Shown here: positions 18,345-39,279 of the stretch, piece by piece
Layout: each line of letters begins with the position of its first letter
Numbering within the stretch: the stretch's first letter is position 1
NCBI RefSeq assembly: GCF_009914755.1
Contig: NC_060941.1
Length of the DNA stretch: 64,000 bases
Origin: the human T2T-CHM13v2.0 reference genome, Homo sapiens
Strand: one strand, 5' to 3'
Notes under the pieces: generated by a model
What the model saw: only the letters and a program-made list of their open reading frames with translations
What the model was told of the DNA's origin: nothing
The model's database searches: none
Program-made: the position numbers and the translations under genes

Positions 18345-20063
18345 TTATATCCTTGAATAGGTAGGAAAAGAATGAACAGGATAAGTAAAAGAATCATGGC
18401 AACCTTGTCGGGGATATTCAGAAACAGAAAATAACACCTGCTTTCTCACTTCCAGAGCTATTAGCTTCCCAGTTTGCACAGTTCATCAAGAAGTAATGCC
18501 GGGCCACTGGCACAAATGATGAGGCATCTCCTGGAAGCTTAACTTCCTATCCATCCCATCTCTTGGACAGACGATGCCAGTTAATTACTTTGAATGTAAG
18601 GCCTTTATCCAAAAGCACTTATGTGTCTAAACTAACTCCTTCTACACATAAAAAATGGTAAATACTTCAACAGAAAAATGGGCAAAAGCTTATCATTATC
18701 AATAAATAAGTAGAAAGAAACCCTATGCCAGGTGACACCAAAGCTTTGCCCTCTGTTGAAACATCCTAGGCTTTTTCTTTCCATTCTTATTACAACTGAT
18801 CTGATTTAGCCCCTTCACACCTTACTCCTACATTTTGCTATTCCTTTCTATTTTGTCTCCCTGAAATAAGATTTTCCCTTTGAGCACTCTACATATGGAT
18901 TCTAAAATAATCCTTTGCATGTTTACACTTGAACATAAAGCAAAAACAAAACAAAATGAAAGAATCCTTTTGTTTTAATCATTTAATCTCTCTTGCTTGG
19001 AAACTTTCAATGGCTTTCCATACCCCATTTTGTAGCTTTCAAACTCCTATAGCTGATAGTCAAGGTTTTACATAATCATATCTTCATTGCTCCCTCACCT
19101 AATTCTTTGCAGCCAGATTGGTCTACTAAATTCCAACCATACCTGTAGCCATGCCTTTGCCTAGACTGTACTCCCATTTTTTTTTCTATTTAACAAATTA
19201 TAACTACTCTTTAAGACCCCAGTAAAGTTTTAGCTTATCCATGTAGCTTTCCCTGGTCTCCACACCTCAGGGATCACAGATTCTGGTAAATTATAGCACC
19301 AATGGTCTGCATTATCTTTTAGTAATTAATTATATATACCTCCCTTTTTATGCCTATTCTCTTTCTTCCCTCCTATCATTTTCGTGTTCTGGAGACAGTA
19401 GCATACTTGGCCCTAGGTGTGACACAAAATGAGTGCTACATATAGAAAGCCAGGGACAAAGATGAGTTCTGGACATAACTAAAGGACTGAGTAATCATGT
19501 TAACAGTCAACACATCCTACATATGCTAGGCACTGATGAAGTGTTTCATATATTCACTCACCTAAATTTCACAACAATCCTATGAAATGGTAACTAGCAT
19601 AATCCTCAGTTTAAAGGTGAGGAAATTGAGTCACAGAGCAGAATAACTTGCTCTGGGTCACCAAGCTAATAAATGACAGACCTGGGTTCAAACCCAGGCA
19701 GCCTGGCTCCAGAATAAACTCTTAACCACTTACAGCATCATCACTGACATGCGGAGAGGGACAGGCTGCTGTAAAGGGAGTGAAGGGAAAATGGGAGGAG
19801 AGCAGCGGTTAAGCAATGATGTGATGGGGCTAAATAAAAATGAATAAGACATGAGTAAAAGACTGGAGTAAAAGGAAAAGACTGGAGAAAGGGCCTAACA
19901 GTAAAGGAAAATGAAGAGAAGGGAGAGTTGACAAGCAAAGGTGAAAGCAGAAAGTCAGTTGTCAATATGGCTTAGGGAGATAAAGAAGGCCCAGGAAGGC
20001 CTCCAGGAAAAGGCTGCCATGTCAGGCAGGACACAGAGGACAGTTGAGGAAATGTGATTCTTA

Positions 20064-22315
<2,252 letters not shown>

Positions 22316-22385
22316 CTAGGCTTGGGAAGATTCTGTCTCATTGGTAGGCTCTGAAGTTATGGTAACATCCACATCTGCAGGTTTA

Positions 22386-22802
<417 letters not shown>

Positions 22803-22872
22803 CTAGTTCTGATCCCAGTCCAGCATTGGAACCACCTCTGGTGCCTTTTCTTCGGAGTCAGCTTGTCATTTA

Positions 22873-23420
<548 letters not shown>

Positions 23421-23581
23421 CTTTCCCCCCTCCCCTCTCCTCCCCTTAGCGAGGTAGGATTTGGGCCGCAGACCCGGGGTGGTCCCAGGACTCCTGGGGC
23501 CTGTTGTGGTGGGGTGGGTTGGGGGCACGGCAGAGCTTCCCAAGGAAGTCACGGGACCCCGCCTCAGGATATTCAGAAGCT

Positions 23582-23664
23582 CTAGTCCAGTTCTGGCAGC
23601 CTGAACTCTTCCTCCTCCAAGGTGAAATCCAAGAATACACTTCCTTCCAAGAACAGCAACTGAC
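23582..23664 (-). pseudogene. RDM1 terminal coding exon equivalent (VSCCSWK / frameshift / LDFTLEEEEFRLPELD*)
   Basis: ttttgcAG acceptor at 23665-23666 and TAG at 23582-23584; internal deletion relative to the RDM1 C-terminus. Confidence 0.88.
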
Positions 23665-24212
23665 CTGCAAAATGGGCGCCAGTTAGGGTGGCAGGGAGGA
23701 CGCACATTACAGTCATTTATTCCAAAATTTGCCATTTTCGCCAAACTTTCGGTATCTTTTGTTGCATGTTTGATAATTCACCACCCTATTAGGTAGGGGC
23801 TGTCAGGGAGTAAGCCCGGATTCCAAATTTTCTGTAGGAGGGGCATTGGGGGTAGGCAATTCAGTCTGGGAGAGTGAAGAATCCTTTGCACTAGCCTGGG
23901 AGGAGGCTGAACTGTCATCCTGCCTTGACTTAACACAGCCATTACCCTAGAAGTTACAGCACCACCCTTCAGAGATCTACCCTGGGTGTACACATGGAGA
24001 AGAGGCTTAGGTTGTTAAAGTCAGCATGTCAAATAATTTCCTGAAATGCGACTGTAACTAGAACCCAGCTGACTTCCCCCACAGCCATTCTTACCTATTG
24101 TATTACTGTCTGGCACAATTACCAGCATGTAAACTCCAAGAAGGTGCTTCATCTTCTTCCAGTGCCTGGCATAGCCATAGCGTGCACAGTGATGGTTTTA
24201 AAATTGAAGGGG

Positions 24213-24538
<326 letters not shown>

Positions 24539-25167
24539 TCATTTAGGGATAGATCTATTGTTATAATCAGATTTCTGAAATCAGTGCTGACTTCCTCTCA
24601 CATTTCACGGGAAGCTAGACTTCTTAAAGCTTGAAGTTTTCTTGGTGGGTTTTATTTAAATTGAATTAAAATAATTATTTTACAGGGAAAAACTTCAAAA
24701 CACTTTGCAACTTTGGTGTAAAAGTTAAATAAAACACTCTAGCCCCAAATGAAGTTCTCACTGAAATGAAACTTTTGCCCCTTTTTTTTTTTAAATTCCA
24801 TATATAGTAAATAATGACTGTTTTGAGATTTAGAAACTTAATCCCTATTTAAGAGCTTTCATATACAGTCATGAGTTGCTTGCCATCATAGCGTATACTT
24901 ACACAAACTTAGGTGGTATAGCCTACAGCACACCTAAGCTATTTTTAGTAGAGACAGGGTTTCACCACGTTGGCCAGGCTAGTCTTGAACTCCTGACCTC
25001 GTGATCCACCCGTCTTGGCCTCCCAAAGTGCTGGGATTACAGGCGTGAGCCATGGCATCTGGCCTGTTTGTTTGTTTTTTGAGATGGAGTTTCGCTCTTG
25101 TTGGCCAGGATTCAGTGCAATGGCATGATGTTGGCTCACAGCAACCTTCGCCTCCCAGTTCAAGTGA

Positions 25168-25335
<168 letters not shown>

Positions 25336-25356
25336 TGAGTTTTTATCTCCACATAC

Positions 25357-25442
25357 TTGAATTAAGCCGTGTAGTTCTTCTTCCCATCTGACATCTACAA
25401 TCTCTTCACTGGGTCTGTACTCCACAGCTATTTTACCACTTT
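25357..25442 (-). pseudogene. RDM1 exon 6 equivalent (ESGKIAVEYRPSEEIVDVRWEEELHGLIQ)
   Basis: Seen in ORF 25258-25467; tttcAG acceptor and GTATGT donor; 86 nt. Confidence 0.92.
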
Positions 25443-25544
25443 CTGAAATAAAGTTAGCAAGGAGCAATTCAGAATCTTTTTCATTCTAAAACTTCCTGCA
25501 TATAATGGTAGCACCCCACAGTGAGACATTCTTTTGGTTTCTAA

Positions 25545-25817
<273 letters not shown>

Positions 25818-27387
25818 TAGAGACATGGTCCTGCTTTGTTATTTCAGGCTGTCTCGAACTCCTGACTTGAAGTGTCCTTCTGTCTTGGCCTCCCAAAGTG
25901 CTGAGATTTGAGGTGTGAGTCACCATGTCCAGTCTCACACCTCAGTTTTTAACATATGTATGAAATATCAACTGTGTTTGGTTCAAAGGACTTTATGATC
26001 TTACAGATAGGAACTAAGGAATAATAACATAAGAAATAAAAAATTTGGAAACAAAAATGTTCAATCACAATATTAAATAGTAAGGCATCAGGTGGGGGGG
26101 TCGAAGTTCAAATCCAAAATGGAGACCACTGGGCTAGTAGACACTTCACATTAGAAGCACGGCTAGGTGTCTACTCCCTGAGAACCAAAATTCCACCAGA
26201 TACAATGAGCAAAGCTTCAGAGAGAGAGAACACTTGAACATTTTATTGGCAGAAAATATCCCGCATACTCTATAGACAATACAACTTCCTTCAAGGCAAA
26301 TTAGAGATATAAGGCTTTTGGTCTAAGAAGTTTTGAGTGTGTGCAAGGGATACCTTTGTATACTAGGGAGAGGTAAACAACCCACACATTTAGCTTGGTT
26401 ATTAAAGGTTGTTACTCAGACTTGACAGTTGATGACCAAGGAAGTAAGACTTTCACTAGAAGGGCGGCCCAGGTTGGAAAGCCGAGAGCAATCAGGGCCA
26501 CCTCTTACAAGCAAATAAGGTCTGTGGTAACTTAATTAGGATCTCTGTCTCTAAGTCTTCAGGGCTGTGGAGCAGAAGAGCAACTCTGTTCAGGGACTCT
26601 TTGCTAAACATCGGGCTTCCTCTGGGCACAGCCTATAACATTTGCACCACTGTAGAACTGAACAGGGAATACAAGCAATGGCATTCAATAGCATGACCAC
26701 TTCCAAGGCTCACAGCAAAGCAACTGATTATTGCATAAGAATCCTATTTGGCCAATATGTCAGTGCCAGAAATGAAAGCTGGAACTGAATTCTCGATTCG
26801 GGAAACATAATCTAGTAAACTCTTCGGCAGAGAGTTTATTCAGAGAGAAAACAACAATAATAGCATATTTTGTCGCTTACCTTGTAAGTATAGTTCTGAG
26901 TTTTTACATTTGTCATCTCATTTTCTCAAACAATATCCCCCATAAGGTTGATTGGATTACTAACCCCAGTTTGCAGATAAAGAGATTGCAGCTTAGAGAT
27001 ATTAAATATCTTCAAATCTCTCTGGCTATAAGACTTAAAATTGAATAAAAAAAAATCTAAGAGACAGAGTTAGGACTCAAGTCCATGTGTCCAAAGCTTA
27101 TAATCACTATTCTGTATGATAGGCATGCAATTAAAGAAGACCTGCCTCAAACATTTTCCGTGTGAACTGAGGCAAGTCCTTTTACAACTATAAACTAGGG
27201 ACAATAGTTGCTGCCATTTTTTCTACAAATGTCACAAATAACAAATTTGAGCCTGTTGCTGTGAAAGAATTTAGCAAATGAAAGCATACTATGGAGTGTT
27301 TTAGATATCGATATTTTTATCCAATTAACTTTTCAAAATGAGTTTATTTGCTCATTGAAACTGAAGTTAAAATTAAGAAAGTTTTAC

Positions 27388-27485
27388 CTAGAACCACAAT
27401 CAACAGTTTCTGGAATGCATCTGACAAAACCTTCTGAATAGCAAGCTTCTGGGCTGTCTTCCCTTTCATAAGGAACAATAACGGT
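27388..27485 (-). pseudogene. RDM1 exon 5 equivalent (PLLFLMKGKTAQKLAIQKVLSDAFQKLLIVVL)
   Basis: AG acceptor and GTAAAA donor; near-identical to the RDM1 peptide. Confidence 0.9.
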
Positions 27486-27841
27486 CTTAAATCCAACCAA
27501 AACAAATGGATTTAAGATACCTATCTGAGTGATAATTGCTACACGTTTAAAAAATAAAAATGCATCCATGATTCTTAGCTCATAATCTTCATGATTAAGG
27601 GTAGACAGCACAAGGGTATGGTTGAATGGCTCTGTTATAGGTACATCCTGGCAGGGCCCATTTTTACTGCCTCCATCTAGTTGGGAAGTTCCGGAAGTAC
27701 TAGAAGGGAGATACAAGCCAAGAACCTGGCACATGCTCACATCACCCAGAGATTTCAAATTCATCAGTTAAGGCTACACTCCTACAGACCCTACCCTCCT
27801 ATGCATCAAGGGCTGAAATCACTCACCGAAAAAGGTTTGGT

Positions 27842-28792
27842 TGGCTGGACATGGTGGCCCATGCCTGTAATCCCAGCACTTTGGAAGGCCAAGGTGGGTG
27901 GAGGCCGGGAGTTCAAGAACAGCCAGGCCAACATGGTAAAACCTCATCTTTACTAAAAATACAAAAATTAGAGAAGTGTGGTGGCATGTGTCTGTAATCC
28001 CAGCTACTTGGGAGTCTGAGGCACAAGAATAGCTTGAACTGGGAGGTGGAGGTTGCAGTGAGCCGAGATCATACCACTGCACTCTAGCCTGGGCGACAGA
28101 GTGAGACTATTCTTAAAAAAAAAAAAAAAAAAAAAAGAGACCAGGCGCAGTGGCTCACACCTGTAATCCCAGTACTTTGGGAGACCAAGATGGGCAGATC
28201 ATTTAGATCACCTGAGGTCAGGAGTTTGAGACCAGCCTCGGCAACATGGTGAAACCCTGTCTCTATTAAAAATACAAAAAAAAAAAAAAAAAAATTAGCT
28301 GGGTGTGGTGGTGGGCAGGAGGCAGCAGAATTGCTTGAACCTGGGAGGTGGAGGTTGCAGTGAGCCGAGATCACACCAGTGCACTCCAGCCTGGGTGACA
28401 GAGCCAGACTCCATCTCAAAAAAAAAAAGGACTGAATGTTAACACAAAAGTTTTTGTAAATCTTTAGATGATGACCTGGCATGGTGGGTGGCTCATGCCT
28501 ATAACCCCAGCATCTTGAGATCCTGAGGCAAGAGGATCACTTGAGGCCAGGAGCTTGAGACCAGGCAGGACAACACAGCGAGATCCCCCATCTCTAGAAA
28601 AAATAATTAGCCACATGTGGTGGTGCATGCCTATAGTCCTGGCTACTCAGGAGGCTGAGGTAAGAGAATCCCTTGAGCCCAGGAGTTCGAGGTTACAGTG
28701 AGCTATGATCATGCTACTGCACTCTAGCCTGGGCAACAGAGTGAGACCCTGTCTCTAAAAAAATAATAATAATAAATAGATAAATAAATAAA
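27842..28792 (+). mobile_element. Cluster of three + strand Alus in an RDM1P intron
   Basis: Alu bodies at about 27842-28137, 28139-28428 (internal deletion) and 28475-28792. Confidence 0.85.
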
Positions 28793-29141
28793 TCTAGATG
28801 ATTTGCTGGGATAACTGAAGGCTACAAGAGATACGTATGTGAAGGACTATTTTAGTACAAAACAAGTTCTTAACCCAAAACTGGAAAAACATTACTTCGT
28901 TCTTCCTCCTAAGCTTCCTGGCAGGAAATTGACTGTACAATTTTAAATTTAAAGGTTTTGTCAGGTATTGCCTAAGGTGAAAACCTATATTGTAAGACAC
29001 AAAAACTCTGCCTAGGACTTCAGTAGCTCAGAGAGGGAAGGACTTAATATGTGTCTGAAAAGATGAGTTTTAGAAATTAAGAAAAAAGAGATCATTCCCA
29101 CTTCAACTCCTTACTCTACTCTACCCCCATTGAAAACAGAC

Positions 29142-29328
29142 CTTCCTCCGCCTTACCCACAGGTTCCTCCACCAAGCCAATGCCAGACTCCTGCAATCAT
29201 AGGATGGCAGCACCACCTCTAAAGCACAGAACTTCAGGCTTTGCTTCGGAAGTGGCACCATGTCTCTTCATTTTCCCTTTCTTCAAGGGAAAATCCTTGA
29301 AGAAATTTCCTTCAGAAAACTCCTGAAG
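29142..29328 (-). pseudogene. RDM1 exon 4 equivalent, with insertion and frameshifts
   Basis: ctaacAG acceptor and GTCTGT donor; peptides LEERENE, MVPLPKQSLKF, CALEVVLPSYDCRS, GIGLVEEPVGKAEE. Confidence 0.88.
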
Positions 29329-29722
29329 CTGTTAGGATTTTTAGTGTGAGTTCCTTCCAAGGATATTAATTAGGCTTCAAACTGTTTTGTTCTGAGAAAT
29401 AAAAACTAAACTCCAGTCATTCAAGCTAAGAGTTGAGGCATTCTATGGCTTCAAAATCAAGTAAGATTTGCAAAGGAATTGCTAGATACAACCGTTTTTT
29501 ATTATATGCCACACAAACAGTGGAGAAAATTATGGATACCACCATCCAAGTGATTGAGATTATTAATTTAGGTAGCAGGCCAATTCAGACATGTCCACTT
29601 ATCAATGGCAGGAGGCCTCTCACATCTCCTCCCTATAACCCATTTCAATACTTCTGTCTACGGTCTAGAATTTCAATGTTGAAAGGAGAGTGTGGTTATT
29701 GAAAGAAATCTACAAAGTTTAC

Positions 29723-29844
29723 CCTGATGATCCTTTTTGACATCTACTGAAATCAAAGTAGTAATTCGGCAGTTCTTGGCATCAGGAGCTGTTTAGGGCA
29801 AGAGCTTGTTGTGGAACTGCCTTATGTCTGGTGCCAAGACGAAC
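29723..29844 (-). pseudogene. RDM1 exon 3 equivalent (VRLGTRHKAVPQQALALNSS*CQELPNYYF)
   Basis: ctttAG acceptor and GTAAAC donor; TGA at 29782-29784; 122 nt, so frameshifted. Confidence 0.9.
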
Positions 29845-30774
29845 CTAAAGTCACAAGAGATAGACCCATAAATATCACAACCTGCCAGAGATTTGAAAGA
29901 AAAAGAAAAGGACACTTAAACTAGATGGCAGTGGTGGTCAGGTGGTAACCCAAGGCTCTGAGTTCAGTAAGTAAATCTAATATGAATGCCCTCTCCTTTC
30001 ACCTATCTATTGACTTGTAGAACATTTCCTTCATTACTGCATCAGCGATGAGCTTTATTCTGTGAAATTCTCAAAACCTAAAGCTTATGAAGTGGTCTCA
30101 ATGTCCAAAGCGCACTACAAACTCATTACGTACAAAATGATGCCAACTAACTGTTTCATCATCTTTACCGTACCTTTACAATATTTGAGTGGCTATGTGA
30201 AATGGTCACAGGTTAGAAACAGATCATAGTCCAAAAGTTAAATAATATATTACAGGTAATCATTTCAGTCACAGGAAGTGGGACCAGGATTGAAGAGGGT
30301 GTTGAACAAGCTACAGAAGTGGGTATAGAATACCCGGAGTCATTACTAAGCAGAGTTCTCAGATTCGATCAAGGTTAATTCGATGAGGAATGGAATATAG
30401 ACAAGAATAGGCAGCAAGATTAGCAGGAAGCAGTCAGATCAAGTAGCCAATCAGGCATTGAAATGGTCCTTGAAAAAGGAAAGGTGATTGAGTCGAGGCA
30501 TACAATGAAATATCATTCTGTGGTTCTGGGAAAGTAAAATTGGTTGGCATGTTAGCATGGAATAGGGTTTCTACAAGGCCGCTTAAAGAATGTTCCCACT
30601 CTGAGAACTGAGGGGAGTTCCAAATAAGCAGTTTGTGAGTGATGATGAACATGATGATGATGATAAAGTCTCCTTATGTAAGAGCTGGCAGAAGAGTTGG
30701 TCACACCTACATGTTTTAAATTCACATAAAAGTAAATATATGGCCGGGTGTGGTGGCTCACACCTGTAGTCTCA

Positions 30775-31061
<287 letters not shown>

Positions 31062-31225
31062 CTAGCTACTTAAGAGGCTGAGGCAGGAGGATTGCTTGAG
31101 GTCAGGACTTAGAGACCAGCCTGGGCAACACAGTGATACTGTGTCTCTAAAATATTTTAAAAAGTAAATATAAGCAGAACTCTTCTGGTGAAAATTTCAT
31201 TCATTCATTCATTTTTTAGAGATAG

Positions 31226-31369
<144 letters not shown>

Positions 31370-31372
31370 TAA

Positions 31373-31705
<333 letters not shown>

Positions 31706-34059
31706 TGAAAAAAATAATACTTTTGATAAATCTGAAAATCTGGGGCTATTTCTGTCACTGAGAGAAGGTGTGTCTTTCCCCTTAAACTAGGTTCATGTTG
31801 CTGAGGAGGCAGAGGGCTGAGTTCTTCCATCCATCGCCTTCAAGTGTCAGGCGGCTTCCGGTTGGACAAGATGGCTACCCCAGTGGGCTTGTTTCCTCTC
31901 TGGTCTCTTTTTCTGTCTAAGACTCACTCCATACCAGCCTGAGCTTGGGACCATTGTTTTGCTCCTCTCATCCTCCTACCCCCAGAGCTGACAGATTTAG
32001 CAAATAAAATTTACAAGATCCTGTTAAATTAGAATTTCGGACAAACAACAAACTACCCCACACTGTCTCAGGAGGGTCCCTCAGAGATAAGTGTCACTGA
32101 GCCTCGGGAAGGAGGAAGCTCCATCCCTGCCCATCAAGCCCCCTCTTGGGGTCCCCTCAAGGAAGACAGTGGTTCCAGAAGGTGTGTTCCCACCCCCTTT
32201 CACAGCCTACCTCTCTCCCATCCCTCTCTGACCCCAGGTTCCAGCTGGCCTGGGGATTTCTGGGAGGATCCGAAGAACAAGGCCATCTGCAGTAGGAGCC
32301 TCCTGTTCCTCGCCACCTACGCTTCAGCCCTGCCCAACTAACAGCTCTCCATGTTCTAAAGAAGGCAGGAGTGCTGGACCACCCCAGCCTTCTGGAACCC
32401 CAGTTCTGTGACATTATCCATCTCCTGGAAATATGCTGGTTTTAACCATGCAAATTAGTTAAGCATCAGGCAGAAATAGCAGCTGGGCCTGGAAGCACAG
32501 GTGACGTCTGTGAGGAAAATGGCTGGGTGGGACAGGGTGGAGAGCACGGGCTGTTCCCTTCCTTTCTGGGAACAGCACCACCTTTGGGGTAACTCCTTCT
32601 CTCATGGGGTTTTAGGCGGGGGCTGCCAGTGCCAGTGCCCGGTCCCCTGTCACCCCCCATAGTCATAGGAACGCTTCTGCGCCAGTCACTACATTTATAA
32701 GGGGAAGCTGGTGGAGCTGCTCAGCTTCCAACAGGAAGCCCATGTGTGCAGGGCCAGAGGACACAGCCCATCTGAGGTGCTAAGCTTCTGTGAAGAGGGA
32801 GTGGAGTCTGGACCGGATTCCAGTCCCACGGTCCACCCTTTCTGGGACCCAAACACACCCTTCCCCTTCCTTCAATTCTGAGAAGCAGTAAATGTCCCTA
32901 CTTGCGAACAAGTTTGAGTTGGGTTTCTGTCACTTGCAGCCAAAAGAAACCTGCCAGCTACTGTCAGCATCGGTCAACCATCTGTGAAACTGTGAGCTGA
33001 CAACCTGTCCCCTCCCTGTGAAGGCCACAACATCCCAACACCATTAGTCACCAAGGAAGTCTGGGAGAAATTTCTACCAGAAAGGGGCAAGGGAGGAAAC
33101 ATTTTGTTACTGCTGGCCCACTCTACCCTCTGAAACAGGGCGGCAGGATCTGGCAGAAAGAAAGTTTACAAGGGGCTTCTAAGCAGGCAGTGCTGCCCCA
33201 TGCCCTCCGGGCTTCTCCTCCCAGCAGGGCAGCAGCATATGGCACCCTGGGATAGGAGGTCTGCAGGGGCGGGGGCGGGGAGGCTGAACATCCTGGGGGC
33301 ACCACTTTATGAGGAACCATTTATGGCCAGAACTCTACAGGGGCTTCAGGGACCTGAATGAACTCATCTCTGTAGAGTGAGAGTCCTGGGCAGGAGGAGA
33401 GGTTTCCATAGCCCAGGACCACATGCTGGAAATTTGGTCTCTGCAGCTTAAAATCTGAGAGAAGATGGTGTCTGCAGCATTCAAAGGGGGACCAGAGGGA
33501 CCCTCCACCCCTGGCCCCCCCAGCTATTACAAACATGAGCCCTGGGAAGATTCCTATCAAAAACCCAAGCTGGGGCCCATGAGTCAAGTCTGGACGTGCA
33601 GTTTGGGGCAAGAGGACAGATGGACGCCACAGGCCATCTGTCTAAATATTTCCAAATTATAAATTAAACTAACAGGGTGTTAAATAAAGTATGTTCTAAC
33701 CTCATCCCCTGACAAATATTCCTTTAAAATGATAAAATTTAAAAATGTGTATGAAGCTATGATTTGTACATGACAGAAAGTTAGCAAAATATCAAAGATC
33801 ATAAAATTTTTTTGCTTTTTTTTTTTTTTTTTTTTGGAGACGGAGTCTCACTCTGTTGCCCAGGCTGGAGTGCAGTGACGCGATCTCGGTTCACTACAGC
33901 CCCTGCCTCCCGGGTTCAAGCAATTCTTAATATTGAGATGCGTAATAAAATAAAGATATGTGTAATTTATAAATTACTGAAACTATTCCATGAAATTTAT
34001 TTTTATTCCTTTCAGCAAAATCAATTATTATTGTCAAGATTTAAAAATACATGTAAGAA

Positions 34060-35282
<1,223 letters not shown>

Positions 35283-35359
35283 TTAGTAAGCATCACAGTT
35301 TGTCTGAGGGCTAGACACAGATACAAATTTAAGAATAATGTGTAATGTGATTTACTTCA

Positions 35360-36309
<950 letters not shown>

Positions 36310-36690
36310 TTAATATTGCAAACTTTTCCTCAGCTTCTATGCAACTGAGACAAATACTGTGCTAACTCATGAGGACCTCTGGAACCATGATATGTTAACT
36401 TGTCTTTCTCTTATCTAAGTCCTTTTCTGCCCACAGCTTCTCTGTACATCAAAATAGTGCCTACCAGAGGCCCCATTCAACCTTTAGATTTAGTTATAAT
36501 TTTTCCCATGGACAGAGGATAAGATGTAGAGAAGCATCCCTCTGGGGCCTGAAAATTGTCAGTCAAGAGAGGATGCATGGGGTTAGGTGGTGCTGCACCA
36601 ACGCCAGGCACCAGATCCAGACTAGCAGAGGCATCCTGTGGGCCTTAATGTTTTTTGTTTTTTTGTTTTTTTGTTTTTGTTTGTTTTTGA

Positions 36691-36978
<288 letters not shown>

Positions 36979-37089
36979 TAATTAATTTAGTTTTTTTGTA
37001 TGTAGAGTTCTCTAAATTGCAGGGCCCAGTCAGGGGCTCCTCTTGTCAGCTCTAAGGACAGGACTGGGAAAATATACTTCTGGAAATAA

Positions 37090-37374
<285 letters not shown>

Positions 37375-37779
37375 TGATTACAGGCGTGAGCCACAGCGCC
37401 CACCCTACAGAGAGGAAATTTTAAGGAAATGTCTGCTTTGAATACTCAATAAAATATAAGACAAAACCAAAAATGATACAGTGTGCTGAAATTCTGACAG
37501 CAATGATAAAAGAATTTTCAAGGAACTGAAATCCAGTGACAAAAATGAAATCGATCAAGGCTGTAGTTGCACACCTGAGACATTCCTCGAGAAGGCAGAG
37601 GAGAAAGGTGTGAAAAACAGTGAACCAGAGAAGGATGGCCAGGGACAACAAAGATTGGAGCTCGGAAGTTGAATGACAGATATTCTGGAGAAACACACCA
37701 GAGATGACAAAAGGTGGGTCTGTGGAGCTGACAGGTGTACTTTGTTCCAAAAAAAAAAAAAAAAAAAGACCGTCACTGC

Positions 37780-38720
37780 TTAGACATATTTCAAATCATA
37801 TGATTAATAAGACTGAATTTTTGGCTTTATTATCAGGCTTGTCTTTACTCCACAGAAGGTATACCTTCTCAGATATTTCAGGAATAAGTACACAAATTGA
37901 TATAAACTGGGTTACAAAAAATACCTCAAGCTTTCCAAGGAGAAATTATATAGATAAATATTCTGACTACAATTAAAATCCCACAGAGACCAGCCTGGCC
38001 AACATGGTGAAACCCTGTCTTAACTGCTTTTGTTCCAATAAAACAAAATAGAGAGCAGGATCCTCAGGCTTCGATGCTATTTGCTTAATCCAGGTGGTCT
38101 GTGGAGATGCCTGGGACAGAAAGCAGCAGCCGGACTCCAGAATCCCCCATGTTAATAGCTATTCTATGCTATGTCCCCGTCTTATTGCTGGCAACTCACC
38201 TCTCAGCTCAAGCATTGTGACATTACAGCAAGAAGTATTAATATAAATGACACAAAAGAAAAAAGAAACCATGGGGTTTTGTTTTATTAAGTAGGTAGGC
38301 ATTGTACATGTGCAGGGTGGGAAATGATCAGGAGACAGGTATCCAATGAGCATCTGCCATGTATCAGGCACTGCGCAATGTTCCTTACATACCACGATCC
38401 CATTTAATCTTCAAAAAACACTGCAGAGGGCTACCACTGCCTTCCTTTTACACACGAAAAAACTGAGACTTAACAGTTGCTCATGGGAAGTTGAACCAAG
38501 AGTCAAAACAAAAGACTTTCAGGCCCCAAAGGCTGCACTGTTTCCACTGCACAAAGTTGTCTGCACTGTGAGCAACAGAGGAGAGGAAAGGGGACTAAAA
38601 ACAAAAACCAAAAATCCCATAAATAAAATAAATGAACTGAGCCTTCAACCCAAAAAGTTATAAGGAGCAGAAGGAAAACATTTCCAAGGAAATCAGGAAG
38701 AAGCAAGCTTAAGAATAAAA
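37780..38720 (+). mobile_element. Highly decayed L1 ORF2 remnants
   Basis: Peptides YTFSDISGISTQID...YSDYN (endonuclease end) and KINELSLQPKKL. Confidence 0.55.
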
Positions 38721-39279
38721 GCATGACATGTGTATTTAATTGGATCCAGGGGAAACTATTGGGGTGAGATGTTAAAAACGGAGTTAGGAAATGACTGGAG
38801 AACTTGTGTATTACACTCCACTTCCTATGGACCTTGGGTCCTTCTCTGTAACACTAATGTTTGACTAAATTCTTCAAAGTTTCCTTGCAAGGAGACGGCC
38901 ACTCTGAAGCCAAGGAGTTACCACCAACAGACTCCTTTAATAACAACACAATAGGTAAATTACCCCTGAAGGCAAATATAACTGATTATCTTATAGTAGC
39001 AGGTTTTAAAACCTTGTCTCAAAAGCATTGCTATGGGCCAGGCACAGTGGCTGACACCTATAATCTCAGCACTTTGGGAGGCTGAAGTGAGAGGATTGCT
39101 TGAGCACAGGAGTTCAAGACCAGCCTGGGCAATATAGTGAGATACTGTCTCTACAAAAAATAAAGTGAGGTAAATTAGTGGGGCATAGTGCTGTATGTCT
39201 ATAGTTCCAGCTATCTGGAAGGCTGAGGTGGGAGGATCTCTTGAGCACAGAAGGTCAAGGCTGCAGTGAGCTATGATTG

